Shown: positions 31,680 to 41,260, numbered from the stretch's first letter. The stretch is DNA of 64,000 nucleotides from Oscillospiraceae bacterium (GCA_018110935.1 JAGDBX010000090.1:401-64400); one strand, 5' to 3'. Numbers and translations: made by a program. Notes: generated by a model not told the origin, from the letters alone.

Positions 31680-32940
31680 AGTCAAACTCGAAACCGTTGA
31701 GCGCAACGGTATCGCCCTCCTGTACGCCGGCCTGCTCCAGCGCGTCAATGATGCCGCTTGAACGCAGCACGCGCTCGAAATACTGCAGCGAAGACCAGTC
31801 GTCCGGATTGACCGTCCGCATGATCGGCTCCATAAACGGTGCGTCAACGACATAAACGCCGTCCTCGACCGTGACCGTGAAGCGTTTAGCATCCTCTTCA
31901 GTCGGCATCGGTGCAGCTTCAGGCTCAAACCGTTTGACCGGCGGAAGCGTCTGGAGAACTTCATAGACCTTGTTGAGCAGCGGCTGCACGCCCTGCACCG
32001 CTGCCGCGGAGATCACGAAGAAGGGAAGACCTTTGTCTTCGATGTACTGACGCAGGCGTTCGATCTGCTCCTCATCGGCCAGATCGGATTTGTTCGCAGC
32101 GACGATCTGCGGGCAGCGGCTCAGATCCTCCGAGAAGTTCCTGAGCTCCAGATTGATCTTTTCAAAATCATCAATCGGATCTCTGCCCTCACTGCCCGCG
32201 CAGTCCAGCACATGGACGATCAGACGGCAGCGCTCCACATGGCGCAGGAAATCATGTCCGAGACCCGCACCGCCGGCGGCGCCCTCGATCAGGCCGGGGA
32301 TATCCGCCATGACAAAGGAGCGTTCCGCATCCATCCGCACGACGCCAAGCACCGGCTCCAGCGTCGTGAAGTGATAATTCGCGATTTTCGGCTTTGCCGC
32401 TGATACAACAGAGATCAGTGTCGATTTTCCGACATTCGGGAAGCCGACCAGACCGACATCTGCCAGCAGCTTCAGTTCCAGAACAAGATCATACTTTTCG
32501 CCGTCATAACCGGGCTTTGCAAACCGCGGAACCTGTCTGGTAGACGTCGCGAAATGCTGATTGCCCTTGCCGCCTTTGCCGCCCTTTGCGAGAACGACGG
32601 GCTCGTCATCGGAGATATCCGCCAGCACTCTGCCGGACTTTGCCTCCCGGATAACCGTGCCGCGCGGCACTTTAATCACAAGATCGGGCGCACTTTTGCC
32701 GGTGCATCGCTTTGCCGCACCGGGCTGCCCGTTCTCAGCAATATATTTGCGCTGATAGCGGAATGCAATCAGCGAGGAATCGTGGTCATCTGCAACAAAG
32801 ACGACATCGCCGCCCTTGCCGCCGTCTCCGCCGTCGGGTCCGCCTGCCGCCACGAATTTTTCGCGGTGAAAGCTGACTGCGCCGTCACCGCCTCTGCCTG
32901 CCTCAATGCGGATGCGCGCCTGATCGACAAACATGGACAT
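31669..32940 (-). CDS. obg: GTPase Obg/CgtA
   Basis: The Obg-fold glycine repeats (GGDGGKGGDV) are present, with G-domain motifs GFPNVGKST and DIPGLIEGA and a C-terminal OCT-like domain. The start could be any of three close ATGs; I chose the one 7 nt after GAGGTG. Confidence 0.93.
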   Translation of the reverse strand: MSMFVDQARIRIEAGRGGDGAVSFHREKFVAAGGPDGGDGGKGGDVVFVADDHDSSLIAFRYQRKYIAENGQPGAAKRCTGKSAPDLVIKVPRGTVIREAKSGRVLADISDDEPVVLAKGGKGGKGNQHFATSTRQVPRFAKPGYDGEKYDLVLELKLLADVGLVGFPNVGKSTLISVVSAAKPKIANYHFTTLEPVLGVVRMDAERSFVMADIPGLIEGAAGGAGLGHDFLRHVERCRLIVHVLDCAGSEGRDPIDDFEKINLELRNFSEDLSRCPQIVAANKSDLADEEQIERLRQYIEDKGLPFFVISAAAVQGVQPLLNKVYEVLQTLPPVKRFEPEAAPMPTEEDAKRFTVTVEDGVYVVDAPFMEPIMRTVNPDDWSSLQYFERVLRSSGIIDALEQAGVQEGDTVALNGFEFDYVD

Positions 32941-33024
32941 GATCATTCACCTCATTATCAAAACAAATCCCCCTGCCGGAACAGCAAGGGGATTTGCACC
33001 GTCTCTTACATTGCGAAACGAAGC

Positions 33025-33309
33025 TTACTGCTCGACAGCGTAGACACTGACGCGCTTGCGGTCCTTGCCGTAGCGCTCAAACTTGACTCTGCCGTCGATC
33101 GTTGCGAACAGCGTGTCATCCGAACCGATGCCGACATTGTTGCCGGGGTGGATGTGGGTACCGCGCTGACGGACGAGGATATTGCCCGCGAGCACATACT
33201 GACCGTCACCGCGCTTGACGCCGAGACGCTTTGCCTCGGAATCACGGCCGTTCTTGGTAGAGCCGACGCCCTTCTTGTGGGCGAAGAACTGCATACTGAT
33301 ACGGATCAT
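33025..33309 (-). CDS. rpmA: 50S ribosomal protein L27 with a cleavable N-terminal propeptide
   Basis: [30 protein letters not shown] matches the Firmicute pro-L27 type. Confidence 0.95.
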   Translation of the reverse strand: MIRISMQFFAHKKGVGSTKNGRDSEAKRLGVKRGDGQYVLAGNILVRQRGTHIHPGNNVGIGSDDTLFATIDGRVKFERYGKDRKRVSVYAVEQ

Positions 33310-33353
33310 CTGAAATGCACCTCCGTGTTAGATTTTGGTTGTTTGGTGCTGCA

Positions 33354-33692
33354 TCACTGCCCGGAAACCGTGACGCGAAGTGCGCCGCCGCTTTCCTCCG
33401 AGAGCAGATTCAGATGCAGCAGAAGCCCCTCAATGAGCTTTGACTGCACGGGATCCGGCTCAGGAAGCCGGACTGTGATCTGATTCTGTGCGTTCTTTGC
33501 CGGAATCACCTGCACAGCATCTGCCGGAACACCGAAACATTCCGTCAGCGTGTTGCAGGTCAGCTGAACCGCCGAGGAGACCGCCGCACAGAGCACCGAG
33601 ATTCCGGTGTCCTCCGCAGCCACATCATGCCCCGAAACGGAAAAGCCCGAAAAAAGCCCGTGTTTCCGCACAAAATCCGCTTTGATCTGCAT
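33354..33692 (-). CDS. prp: Ribosomal-processing cysteine protease Prp (YsxB family)
   Basis: I take the internal Met MQIKADF. Motifs SGH...DTGISVLCAAVS carry the His/Cys dyad context, and the gene lies between rplU and rpmA. Confidence 0.85.
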   Translation of the reverse strand: MQIKADFVRKHGLFSGFSVSGHDVAAEDTGISVLCAAVSSAVQLTCNTLTECFGVPADAVQVIPAKNAQNQITVRLPEPDPVQSKLIEGLLLHLNLLSEESGGALRVTVSGQ

Positions 33693-33699
33693 CCGTGAC

Positions 33700-34011
33700 T
33701 TATTTCGTGATGGATTCAATGCGAACCTGCGTAAACGGCTGTCTGTGACCGCGTGCTTTCTTCTGACCGCACTTCGGCTTGTAGGTGAAGACGCGAATCT
33801 TCTTGCCCTTGCCGTTGGTGAGAACCTTTGCGGTGACGGACGCGCCCTGAACGAGCGGTGCACCGACGGTCAGACCGGCATCATCACCGACAGCGGCGAC
33901 CTGATCAAAGGTCACGGTATCGCCTGCCTCAGCCGCGAGCTTCTCGATGCGGACGATACTGCCCTCCTCGACCTTCAGCTGCTTACCGCCTGTCAAAATG
34001 ACTGCATACAT
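33700..34011 (-). CDS. rplU: 50S ribosomal protein L21
   Basis: [17 protein letters not shown] is a canonical L21 N-terminus. The product is 103 aa. Confidence 0.96.
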   Translation of the reverse strand: MYAVILTGGKQLKVEEGSIVRIEKLAAEAGDTVTFDQVAAVGDDAGLTVGAPLVQGASVTAKVLTNGKGKKIRVFTYKPKCGQKKARGHRQPFTQVRIESITK

Positions 34012-34108
34012 GGTTTTCTGGCACCTGCCTTTTCCATAATCTCGCTGCGCTCCGGTGCGGTGTGTGCCTCATAGGGGCATACTCCGGCTTCAACCGGACA
34101 CAAGCGGC
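34012..34108 (-). ncRNA. Candidate L21 ribosomal-protein leader (5' UTR of rplU-prp-rpmA)
   Basis: About 95 nt lie between the consensus promoter and the rplU ATG. A GC-rich hairpin is possible (ggcacacaccgcaccggagcgcagcg region). The L21-leader family is known upstream of this operon in Firmicutes. No covariance model was run. Confidence 0.4.
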
Positions 34109-34114
34109 TTTATC

Positions 34115-34143
34115 ATTATACCGGATTTCACCGCGTTTGTCAA
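34115..34143 (-). promoter_or_regulatory. Consensus SigA promoter of rplU-prp-rpmA (TTGACA-17-TATAAT)
   Basis: Reverse complement reads TTGACA (34143-34138), a 17-nt spacer, then TATAAT (34120-34115). Confidence 0.7.
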
Positions 34144-34154
34144 GTATCGGCGGA

Positions 34155-34183
34155 AACGCCGCCCGAGAAAAACAGGCGGCGTT
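34155..34183 (-). terminator. Hairpin downstream of the GH26 gene (weak U-tail)
   Basis: Stem aacgccgcc / ggcggcgtt with an 11-nt loop. On the minus strand only TTTCC follows, so the terminator assignment is tentative. Confidence 0.4.
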
Positions 34184-34210
34184 TTCGTTGATTTTTGTTC
34201 ATTCTGACAG

Positions 34211-36088
34211 TCACTGTTCAAATTCTGTTTTGGTGAGCGCTCCCGCAAGATACTGAAGAAGTCTTGCGATATCGTCTGAAGTCAGCTTGGTGTCTCCGGT
34301 ACACTCCGCGTTGACCTTTCCCTGCGGCGTCATGACCGCTGCCTGATCTTCCGCACAGTAGCGCGCCAGCAGCACGGCATCGGCAATGCCGACCTTGCCG
34401 TCACAGTCCGCATCGCCGCGGAGCAAGGCCGAAGCTCCGCCGGTGACAGATTCGTCAGACGTTGAGGTCGATGTCTCATCCGGCAGAGTGACATCCGGAA
34501 GCTCCGGATCGTAAGTGTTCCAGTCCGGCAGCTCATCCAGTGTGATGCAGTAATCGCTCTGATAGAGCTTTTTCAGTTCGTTGTGGTCATTCAGCTCGGT
34601 CAGGTAGCGCTGATACCACGGGCAGAAATACAGCCATGCCGCTTTGTCAGCCGTCAGGTTGTCCAGCGAAGGGATCGTGTCGTTCTCGCTCATGACAACC
34701 ATCTTCTGACCGGTCGTCTGCGCGACCATGGAATAGAAGGTCGCGGAGATTGCACTCGGGTTCGGCTCGCTGTTGTTGATCGCGTTGTATTTGTCACAGC
34801 CGATGAAATCGACATACTGATCGCCGGGATACCAGTCATCCGCGTAAGCAGAGGTCGAACCGGTCCAGATCCAGAGCAGATTGTGCAGACCGTATTCGTT
34901 CGTCAGCTTGTCCCACATATAGCGGTAGAGCTTTTTGCAGGGCTCAGCGCCCTCCGCGCCCCACCAGAACCATCCGCCCTCCGCCTCATGCAGCGGACGG
35001 AACAGGATCGGGACACCGGCGTCACGCGCTTTGCCGAGCTGCTCGGCAAGCAGTGCCAGATCTTCATCGACCTTCCCGTGCTCCCATGTGCCTTCGGTTA
35101 CGGCATTCGTGATGCTGAAGTTCGTGAACGGCGTATTGCCTGTCTTTTCGACATAGAACGCAGCATCTTTGCTGTCCTTGCCGTTTGTCGGGACATTCCA
35201 GTGATAGGTCACGGTCGGGATGCCGCCCTTTTCCTTGTACCACGCGACAACACGCTCCGGCGCATCGTCAAAATACGGCTGCGTGGTATTATAGAACAGG
35301 AAGTCGATGCCGCGGATCGCCGGCTGTTCGCCGGTCAGCTCCTCAAGGAAGGTGAATTCCGCCTCATTGTCCTCAAAATAATTGATCGGCTTCCCCTGCG
35401 ATTCGTAGGCGTTTTTGTTGTAGCAGTGCGAGCCGCAGTATTCCTGCTGTCCGGAAATGATATGCTTTCCGTACACGCTGCGCAGATAAGCGTAGAGCTT
35501 TTTGGCCTCCGGGCTCGCTTTCGGATCACAGGGCGCCGCGGCCGGTTCCAGTTTCGTCAGATAGGACGGGGCAGGCGAAACCGTGACATAATCAAGGAAT
35601 GTGTAGCCCCAGTAGCTCTCGATCGTGATTGTGTTGCTGCCCTTTTTCAGATGCACATAGCCGGCCGGAAGCTCCTCCCAGCCCTTTCCGGAATTGAACG
35701 GGAACAGCACTTCGCCCTGGCTCTCGCCGTTGACGAGCAGATACTGTGTCTTGTTCGGGTTTTCCGGAGAACCGAAGCACTGGATATATCCGATGCCGAG
35801 CCCGTAGTACCCGTCCTCTGCGATGTCAACGGTAACGGTGACGGAAGCGCCCTTCTGGTCGATGTAGACATAGCTCTCACCGGACCATCCGGTCATGTCG
35901 CAGACATTGCCGAAGCCGTCCTCGTCAATCTGCTGCCATGTGATCGGCGGGTTTTCGCAGCGGGAAAGCGTTCCGCTCTCACATTCGATCTTCAGTGTCT
36001 CCGCACCAGCAGAGACAGGGATGCTTTGTGCCGCGGTGCACAGCATGGCCGCGGCGGCGCAGACCGCGCCGATTCTGTTTTTCTTCAT
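34211..36088 (-). CDS. Secreted glycoside hydrolase family 26 (beta-mannanase-like) with an N-terminal CBM-like module and a C-terminal type I dockerin
   Basis: A signal peptide reads MKKNRIGAVCAAAAMLCTAAQ. The GH26 hallmark FRPLHEAEGGWFWWG is present. The dockerin duplicated Ca-binding segments are GDADCDGKVGIADAVLLARY and TGDTKLTSDDIARLLQYLAG. Confidence 0.85.
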   Translation of the reverse strand: MKKNRIGAVCAAAAMLCTAAQSIPVSAGAETLKIECESGTLSRCENPPITWQQIDEDGFGNVCDMTGWSGESYVYIDQKGASVTVTVDIAEDGYYGLGIGYIQCFGSPENPNKTQYLLVNGESQGEVLFPFNSGKGWEELPAGYVHLKKGSNTITIESYWGYTFLDYVTVSPAPSYLTKLEPAAAPCDPKASPEAKKLYAYLRSVYGKHIISGQQEYCGSHCYNKNAYESQGKPINYFEDNEAEFTFLEELTGEQPAIRGIDFLFYNTTQPYFDDAPERVVAWYKEKGGIPTVTYHWNVPTNGKDSKDAAFYVEKTGNTPFTNFSITNAVTEGTWEHGKVDEDLALLAEQLGKARDAGVPILFRPLHEAEGGWFWWGAEGAEPCKKLYRYMWDKLTNEYGLHNLLWIWTGSTSAYADDWYPGDQYVDFIGCDKYNAINNSEPNPSAISATFYSMVAQTTGQKMVVMSENDTIPSLDNLTADKAAWLYFCPWYQRYLTELNDHNELKKLYQSDYCITLDELPDWNTYDPELPDVTLPDETSTSTSDESVTGGASALLRGDADCDGKVGIADAVLLARYCAEDQAAVMTPQGKVNAECTGDTKLTSDDIARLLQYLAGALTKTEFEQ

Positions 36089-36150
36089 GGTATCCTCCTG
36101 TGCCCGCTTTGTGCGGGTCTGTTTCTGTTTCTCTTTCTGTTCCGGAAGGA

Positions 36151-36591
36151 TTATTCCGGCTTCTTTTCAAGCTCCGCAATCATGTCGATGCGGCGCTGAT
36201 GCCGTCCGCCCTCGAAATCCGTATCAAGAAAAGCGTGCAGGATCTCCGCGGCAAGCCCCGGGCCAACCACTCTCGCGCCCATGCAGAGCACATTCGCGTC
36301 ATTGTGCAGGCGGGTGAATTTTGCGCTGTATGTTTCGGAGCACACAGCCGCACGGATGCCGTGCAGCTTGCCTGCCGCCATGCACATCCCGATGCCGGTC
36401 CCGCAGAGCAGAATACCGGTATCCGCTTCCCCGCGCTGGATCATGCGGCAAACCTTTTCCGCAATGACCGGATAGTCGCTCGGCGCCTCATCGGTACCGC
36501 AGTCCGTGTAATCATAGCCGTTTTCGTCCAGATAATCCCTGACTATGCGGCGCAGATCCGCTGCCGCGTGGTCACTTCCGAGTGCAATCAT
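36151..36591 (-). CDS. rpiB: Ribose-5-phosphate isomerase B
   Basis: Motifs MIALGSDHAA and GILLCGTGIGMCMAAGK (RpiB/LacAB) are present. Confidence 0.92.
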   Translation of the reverse strand: MIALGSDHAAADLRRIVRDYLDENGYDYTDCGTDEAPSDYPVIAEKVCRMIQRGEADTGILLCGTGIGMCMAAGKLHGIRAAVCSETYSAKFTRLHNDANVLCMGARVVGPGLAAEILHAFLDTDFEGGRHQRRIDMIAELEKKPE

Positions 36592-36771
36592 AGCATCCTC
36601 CTGTCCGGTCTTCAGCCGGTTTCAATCTTATGCCGGAACCTCGCGTCCCGATACTTCCATTATATCAGATGCCGCATGAAAAATCAAGTGGAGCAGACTG
36701 TATCAAAAAGCAGAAAACGCCCCGTCAGAACGAAGCGGATTCTGTGATTTTGAATAAACATAAAGTTCAGA

Positions 36772-37986
36772 TCAGATATGACCGCCCGCAAAAACCGCGA
36801 ACGAATCCCATTCGATATCGGCCAGCTTTTCCGCAGCTTTTTTCGTCGTTTCAAGACTGCCGAAGGACGAAAAACGGATCCAGCCTTCCCCGCCTGCACC
36901 AAAGCCCGCGCCCGGCGCCGACACTATGCCGTAACGGGACAGAAGGCTGTCAAAGCAGTCCCATGAGCGTGCGCCGCCCGGACACTGCATCCAGACATAG
37001 GGCGCGTGTTCGCCGCCGGTCGAGAAAACGCCTCCGCGCCGCAGTGCGTTCCGGATCAGGCCGGCATTTTCCATATAGTATGTCACATCACCGCGCACCT
37101 GACGCTGCCCTGCCGGAGTAAAGACAGCCGCAGCGCCGCGCTGCACAACATAAGAGGTTCCGTTGTATTTCGTGGACTGCCGCCGGCGCCAGAGCTTCTG
37201 AAGCGAATGACCGCTCTCCGTCAGCGCGCGCGGCACGATCATCCAGCTGCATCGGACACCTGTAAAGCCCGCCATTTTGGAAAAGGAGCCGATCTCGATC
37301 GCACAGGTCTCCGCACCTGCAATCTCAAAGATGCTGCGCGGGAGCGATGCGCTGCGGATATACGCTTCGTAGGCCGCATCAAAGATGATGCAGGCACCAG
37401 TCTCGTGCGCGAATTCTACCCATCGGCGGAGCTGTGCGCGGGAATACACAGCGCCGGTCGGATTGTTCGGAGAGCAGAGATAGATCAGATCCGCCCGGAC
37501 AGTATCATCCGGCATCGGCAGAAAGCCGTTTTCGCGGCTGCCGCGTGAGAACAGGATCTTTCGCCCTGCCATGACACTTGTGTCATAAAAAACCGGATAG
37601 ACCGGATCAGGGAGAAGCACCGTGCAGTCCGGCGTGAACAGGTCGCAGAGATTGGAGAGGTCGCTTTTGGCGCCGTCACCGATAAAAATATCCTCCGCAT
37701 CCACGCTGACGCCGTGCTGTTTATAGTATCCGGCAATCGCCTCACGCAGAAACAGCTCCCCCTCCGCCGCGCCGTAGCCGTGAAAGGTCTCTGCGCGCTG
37801 CATCTCACGGGATGCCTCTGCCATAGCATCACAGACAGCGGGCGCAAGCGGCCGCGTAACATCATTGATGCCGAGGCTCAGGATCTCACGCTCCGGATGC
37901 GCTGCCTGAAAATTCCGGACACGCAGCGCGATCTCTGAGAACAGATAATTCTGCTCAAGACGGATACAGTTCGGATTGAGCCGCAA
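36772..37986 (-). CDS. dapL: LL-diaminopimelate aminotransferase
   Basis: Motifs NYLFSEIA, LGINDVTRPL and SFSKMAGFTGVR (PLP Lys) are present. I prefer the TTG start at 37986, with GGGAGGTG 6 nt upstream. The ATG at 38010 is an alternative without an RBS, and the track start at 38067 is less likely. Confidence 0.85.
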   Translation of the reverse strand: MRLNPNCIRLEQNYLFSEIALRVRNFQAAHPEREILSLGINDVTRPLAPAVCDAMAEASREMQRAETFHGYGAAEGELFLREAIAGYYKQHGVSVDAEDIFIGDGAKSDLSNLCDLFTPDCTVLLPDPVYPVFYDTSVMAGRKILFSRGSRENGFLPMPDDTVRADLIYLCSPNNPTGAVYSRAQLRRWVEFAHETGACIIFDAAYEAYIRSASLPRSIFEIAGAETCAIEIGSFSKMAGFTGVRCSWMIVPRALTESGHSLQKLWRRRQSTKYNGTSYVVQRGAAAVFTPAGQRQVRGDVTYYMENAGLIRNALRRGGVFSTGGEHAPYVWMQCPGGARSWDCFDSLLSRYGIVSAPGAGFGAGGEGWIRFSSFGSLETTKKAAEKLADIEWDSFAVFAGGHI

Positions 37987-38114
37987 GAAAGACACCTCCC
38001 GTTTTCGCATGATGGGTTCCGCGGACGCAGAAAAGCCCCGCTTCTGCCGTTCAGAAATCAAAAGCAATGCCGCACAGAAAGCTGCGCGGCATCTGTTCTC
38101 AATCGGTCAGGCGG

Positions 38115-38588
38115 TTATGAATCGCCGGCAATGAAATCGTCAAGTGTCAGATAGCCCTTGTCGATCGCAAAGAATTTGTCGTTATATTTGTCCACAACAG
38201 CACAGGACCATGAGATCATGTACTGCAGGACCTCTTCGCTGATATCGCTGTCCATGAACACATGGGTGACGCGGAAGCCGATCTCACCGGTTTCGACATT
38301 ATAGTCAAAATTACCGTCCGGGAGCATGAACGACGCAACACAGGTCGCGACAGCGCCCTCCATCCGCTTGCTTTCGCTCATCTCAAACGGAAGACGGGAG
38401 AGCAGACGAATCTGCTGGCGCTCCGCATCCACAATCATCACAAAGCGCATCGGGAAATCGTCGCCGCTCACATCGAACTGCACGCGCATCCGGTCATCGT
38501 CGCGGGCGTAGGTCCACTCTCTGGAGGTCAGTGCGGAAATGAGCTTTCCGTAAACCTGCTGTGCGAGAATCTGTTTGTTGTCAGCCAT
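38115..38588 (-). CDS. YbjN-domain protein (T3SS-chaperone-like fold, function unknown), copy 2
   Basis: 157 aa. It is colinear with its upstream paralogue (W.Y..D......F.V.G.DFPM...I.V......I...S..P.E..E.KR.E...), which is the YbjN/DUF1790-type pattern. Confidence 0.65.
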   Translation of the reverse strand: MADNKQILAQQVYGKLISALTSREWTYARDDDRMRVQFDVSGDDFPMRFVMIVDAERQQIRLLSRLPFEMSESKRMEGAVATCVASFMLPDGNFDYNVETGEIGFRVTHVFMDSDISEEVLQYMISWSCAVVDKYNDKFFAIDKGYLTLDDFIAGDS

Positions 38589-38606
38589 TGCCGTTACCTC
38601 CCCTTC

Positions 38607-39086
38607 TCATTCCTGATCCTGCGGCAGGAACGCGTCCAGACCGATCGTTCCGTTTGCCAGGGCTTCAAACTTGTCGTTGTAATCATCAATGATCCGCAGC
38701 GAGACAAAGAGCATGTAGGAAAAAACCTCCTCGCTCAGGACAGTTCCCATAAAGCCGGTGGACATCCGGAAGAAGAGTCTGCCGTTCTGGATATCGAACT
38801 CAAAACAGCCGTTCAGCAGGCGGTAATTCACCATGCTGACAGCAGCAGCGGTTTCGATGCGCTTGTTTTCAGGCACCTCGATCGGAATATGCGAGACCAG
38901 ACAGACAAGCTGACGGTCTTCGCGGACGCGGATCTTGACCGGCATCGGCAGATCGTCGCCGCGTGCGCCGCAGTCAATTACCAGTCCCTCTTCATTCTTG
39001 TCATACTTCCATTCGTGAGAATCCAGTGCCTTGCAGAGAATTTCAAATGTTTTCAGCGCGTGAGCGCGTGCTGCTTCATCTGCCAT
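38607..39086 (-). CDS. YbjN-domain protein, copy 1
   Basis: 159 aa and paralogous to 38115-38588, with an 18-nt gap between the two. It is the first gene behind the promoter at 39154-39182. Confidence 0.65.
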   Translation of the reverse strand: MADEAARAHALKTFEILCKALDSHEWKYDKNEEGLVIDCGARGDDLPMPVKIRVREDRQLVCLVSHIPIEVPENKRIETAAAVSMVNYRLLNGCFEFDIQNGRLFFRMSTGFMGTVLSEEVFSYMLFVSLRIIDDYNDKFEALANGTIGLDAFLPQDQE

Positions 39087-39153
39087 ATTCCGGTGCTCCT
39101 TTTCTTGAATTTACCGCATCAGTCCGCCCTGCGGCAGTCTGTTTCGATGCATT

Positions 39154-39182
39154 TATTATAGCATAATTCGCCTGTTATGTCA
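39154..39182 (-). promoter_or_regulatory. Consensus SigA promoter of the YbjN pair (TTGACA-17-TGcTATAAT)
   Basis: Reverse complement reads TTGACA (39182-39177), a 17-nt spacer, then TATAAT (39159-39154) with a TGc extension. Confidence 0.65.
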
Positions 39183-39332
39183 AGCTTTCCGCCGACAGTT
39201 TTGAGCGAAACTGACAAAAAATCCCTGCGGCGCAACATGGAGAATTCCGGGGTGCCGCGCATATCGGGCAAAAGCAGACAGAGCAGACGGCTCCCGCACG
39301 GGAAGGCACTGAAAAATATCGCAATACGGGAC

Positions 39333-39361
39333 TTGACAATTCCGTCAAATTCTCGTATAAT
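39333..39361 (+). promoter_or_regulatory. Consensus SigA promoter of pckG (TTGACA-17-TATAAT)
   Basis: TTGACA at 39333-39338 and TATAAT at 39356-39361. RBS AGGAGG precedes the ATG at 39409. Confidence 0.7.
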
Positions 39362-39408
39362 GATAGTCGTGGATTTGTTCCTCAATTTTCTATCAGGAGG
39401 TTTGCAAT

Positions 39409-41244
39409 ATGTCTCTGACAAAGAATCCCAATGTCAATCAGTGGGTCGATGAAATGATCGCACTGTGCAAGCCCGATCAGGTTGTCTGGATCGACGGCTC
39501 CAAGGCACAGCTTGACCAGCTCATCGCTGAGGTCACTGCCCTTCCGGACGGTCATCCGGATAAGCTTTATCCGATGAATCAGGATCTCTATCCGGGCTGC
39601 CTGTATCACCGCACCCGCCCGAACGATGTGGCGCGTGTTGAGGACCGCACCTTCATCTGCTCCCGCAGAAAGGAAGACGCAGGTCCGACCAACAACTGGA
39701 TGGATCCGAAGGAAATGTACGCCAAGCTCACCCCGCTCTATGACGGCGTGATGAAGGGCAGAACCATGTATGTCATCCCGTACAGCATGGGCCCGATCGG
39801 CTCTCCGCTCGCAAAGGTCGGCGTGGAGGTCACCGATTCGATCTATGTTGTTCTGAACATGAATATTATGACCCGTATGGGTACGCAGGCATTCAAGAAC
39901 CTCGGCGACGAGTCCAACGACTTTGTCCGCGGCCTGCACTCCAAGGCAGATGTCGATCCGGAGAACCGCTACATCGTCCAGTTCCCGGAGGACAACACGA
40001 TCTGGTCCGTCAACTCCGCATACGGCGGAAATGTTCTGCTCGGCAAGAAGTGCTTTGCGCTCCGCATTGCTTCCTACCAGGCAAAGAACGAGGGCTGGAT
40101 GGCTGAGCATATGCTCATCCTCGGCCTGCAGAAGCCGGACGGCGAGACCAAGTACATCTGTGCTGCGTTCCCGTCTGCCTGCGGCAAGACGAACCTCGCA
40201 ATGCTGATTCCGCCGGAAGGCTACCGTGCAAAGGGCTACAAGGTCTTCACCGTCGGTGATGACATCGCCTGGCTGAAGCCCGGCCCGGACGGCAGACTGT
40301 ACGCGATCAATCCGGAATTCGGCTTCTTCGGCGTCGCGCCGGGAACCAACGAGAAGTCCAACTTCAACGCGCTCGCTTCTACCAAGAAGAACGCGATCTT
40401 CACGAATGTCGCGATCGACAATTCCAACAACACCCCGTGGTGGGAGTCCCTGACCAAGGAGCCGCCGGTCGATGCGACCGAGTGGAAGGGCGCAAAGGTC
40501 AACGGTCCGGAATACTGCGCACAGGTCGGTCCGGACGGCAAGCATCTGACGCTCGCACACCCGAACAGCCGCTTCACCGCGCCGGCAGAGAACTGCCCGT
40601 GCATCAGCCCCGAGTTCAACAATCCGCAGGGCGTGCCGATCTCCGCGATCATCTTCGGCGGCAGACGCGCTTCCACGACTCCGCTGGTCTATCAGTCCTT
40701 CAACTGGGCACACGGCACCTACATGGGTTCTGCTGTCTCCTCCGAGACCACTGCGGCAGCAGCAGGTGCAGTCGGCGTTCTGCGTCATGACCCGATGGCC
40801 ATGAAGCCGTTCATCGGCTACAATGTCGGCGACTACTGGGCACACTGGCTCGAAATGGGCGAGATCCTCGGCGACAAGGCACCGAAGATCTTCAATGTCA
40901 ACTGGTTCAAGAAGGATGCCGAGGGCCACTTCATGTGGCCGGGCTTCGGCGACAACATGAGAGTTCTGGACTGGATCATCAAGCGCTGCGAAGGCACTGT
41001 TGACGCAGTCGAGACACCGATCGGCTATCTGCCGAATCCGGAAGACATCAGCCTTGAGGGCATCGAGGATGAGGTTTCTCCGGAGTGCATGAAGGAACTT
41101 GTCGCAGTCGACAAGGATCTCTGGAAGGCGGAAATCAAGGAGATGCGCAGATACTATGACGAGGACATCGCGGCAAAGGGCGGAAAGATTCCGCAGAAGC
41201 TGTACGAGGTGCTCGATCAGATCGAGGCAAATCTCAACAAGTAA
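39409..41244 (+). CDS. pckG: Phosphoenolpyruvate carboxykinase (GTP)
   Basis: 611 aa with FPSACGKTNLAML (kinase-1a/P-loop) and colinearity with the GTP-PEPCK family. Confidence 0.95.
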   Translation: MSLTKNPNVNQWVDEMIALCKPDQVVWIDGSKAQLDQLIAEVTALPDGHPDKLYPMNQDLYPGCLYHRTRPNDVARVEDRTFICSRRKEDAGPTNNWMDPKEMYAKLTPLYDGVMKGRTMYVIPYSMGPIGSPLAKVGVEVTDSIYVVLNMNIMTRMGTQAFKNLGDESNDFVRGLHSKADVDPENRYIVQFPEDNTIWSVNSAYGGNVLLGKKCFALRIASYQAKNEGWMAEHMLILGLQKPDGETKYICAAFPSACGKTNLAMLIPPEGYRAKGYKVFTVGDDIAWLKPGPDGRLYAINPEFGFFGVAPGTNEKSNFNALASTKKNAIFTNVAIDNSNNTPWWESLTKEPPVDATEWKGAKVNGPEYCAQVGPDGKHLTLAHPNSRFTAPAENCPCISPEFNNPQGVPISAIIFGGRRASTTPLVYQSFNWAHGTYMGSAVSSETTAAAAGAVGVLRHDPMAMKPFIGYNVGDYWAHWLEMGEILGDKAPKIFNVNWFKKDAEGHFMWPGFGDNMRVLDWIIKRCEGTVDAVETPIGYLPNPEDISLEGIEDEVSPECMKELVAVDKDLWKAEIKEMRRYYDEDIAAKGGKIPQKLYEVLDQIEANLNK

Positions 41245-41260
41245 TGCTTTTATTCAGAAC

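Noticed and set aside
31236-31964. Long 242-aa version of the mrnC ORF, and similar N-terminal over-extensions at 33354-33863, 27899-28282, 28497-29762, 13088-14587, 16236-17828 and 44535-47219
   Set aside because: The extensions overlap the preceding genes or promoters and are Arg-rich. Internal starts with RBSs, or ATGA/ATGnnTGA coupling, give family-typical N-termini.
39382-40929. 515-aa minus-strand ORF
   Set aside because: It lies antisense to the unmistakable GTP-PEPCK gene. It has no RBS or promoter logic, and its composition is typical of a GC-rich antisense frame.
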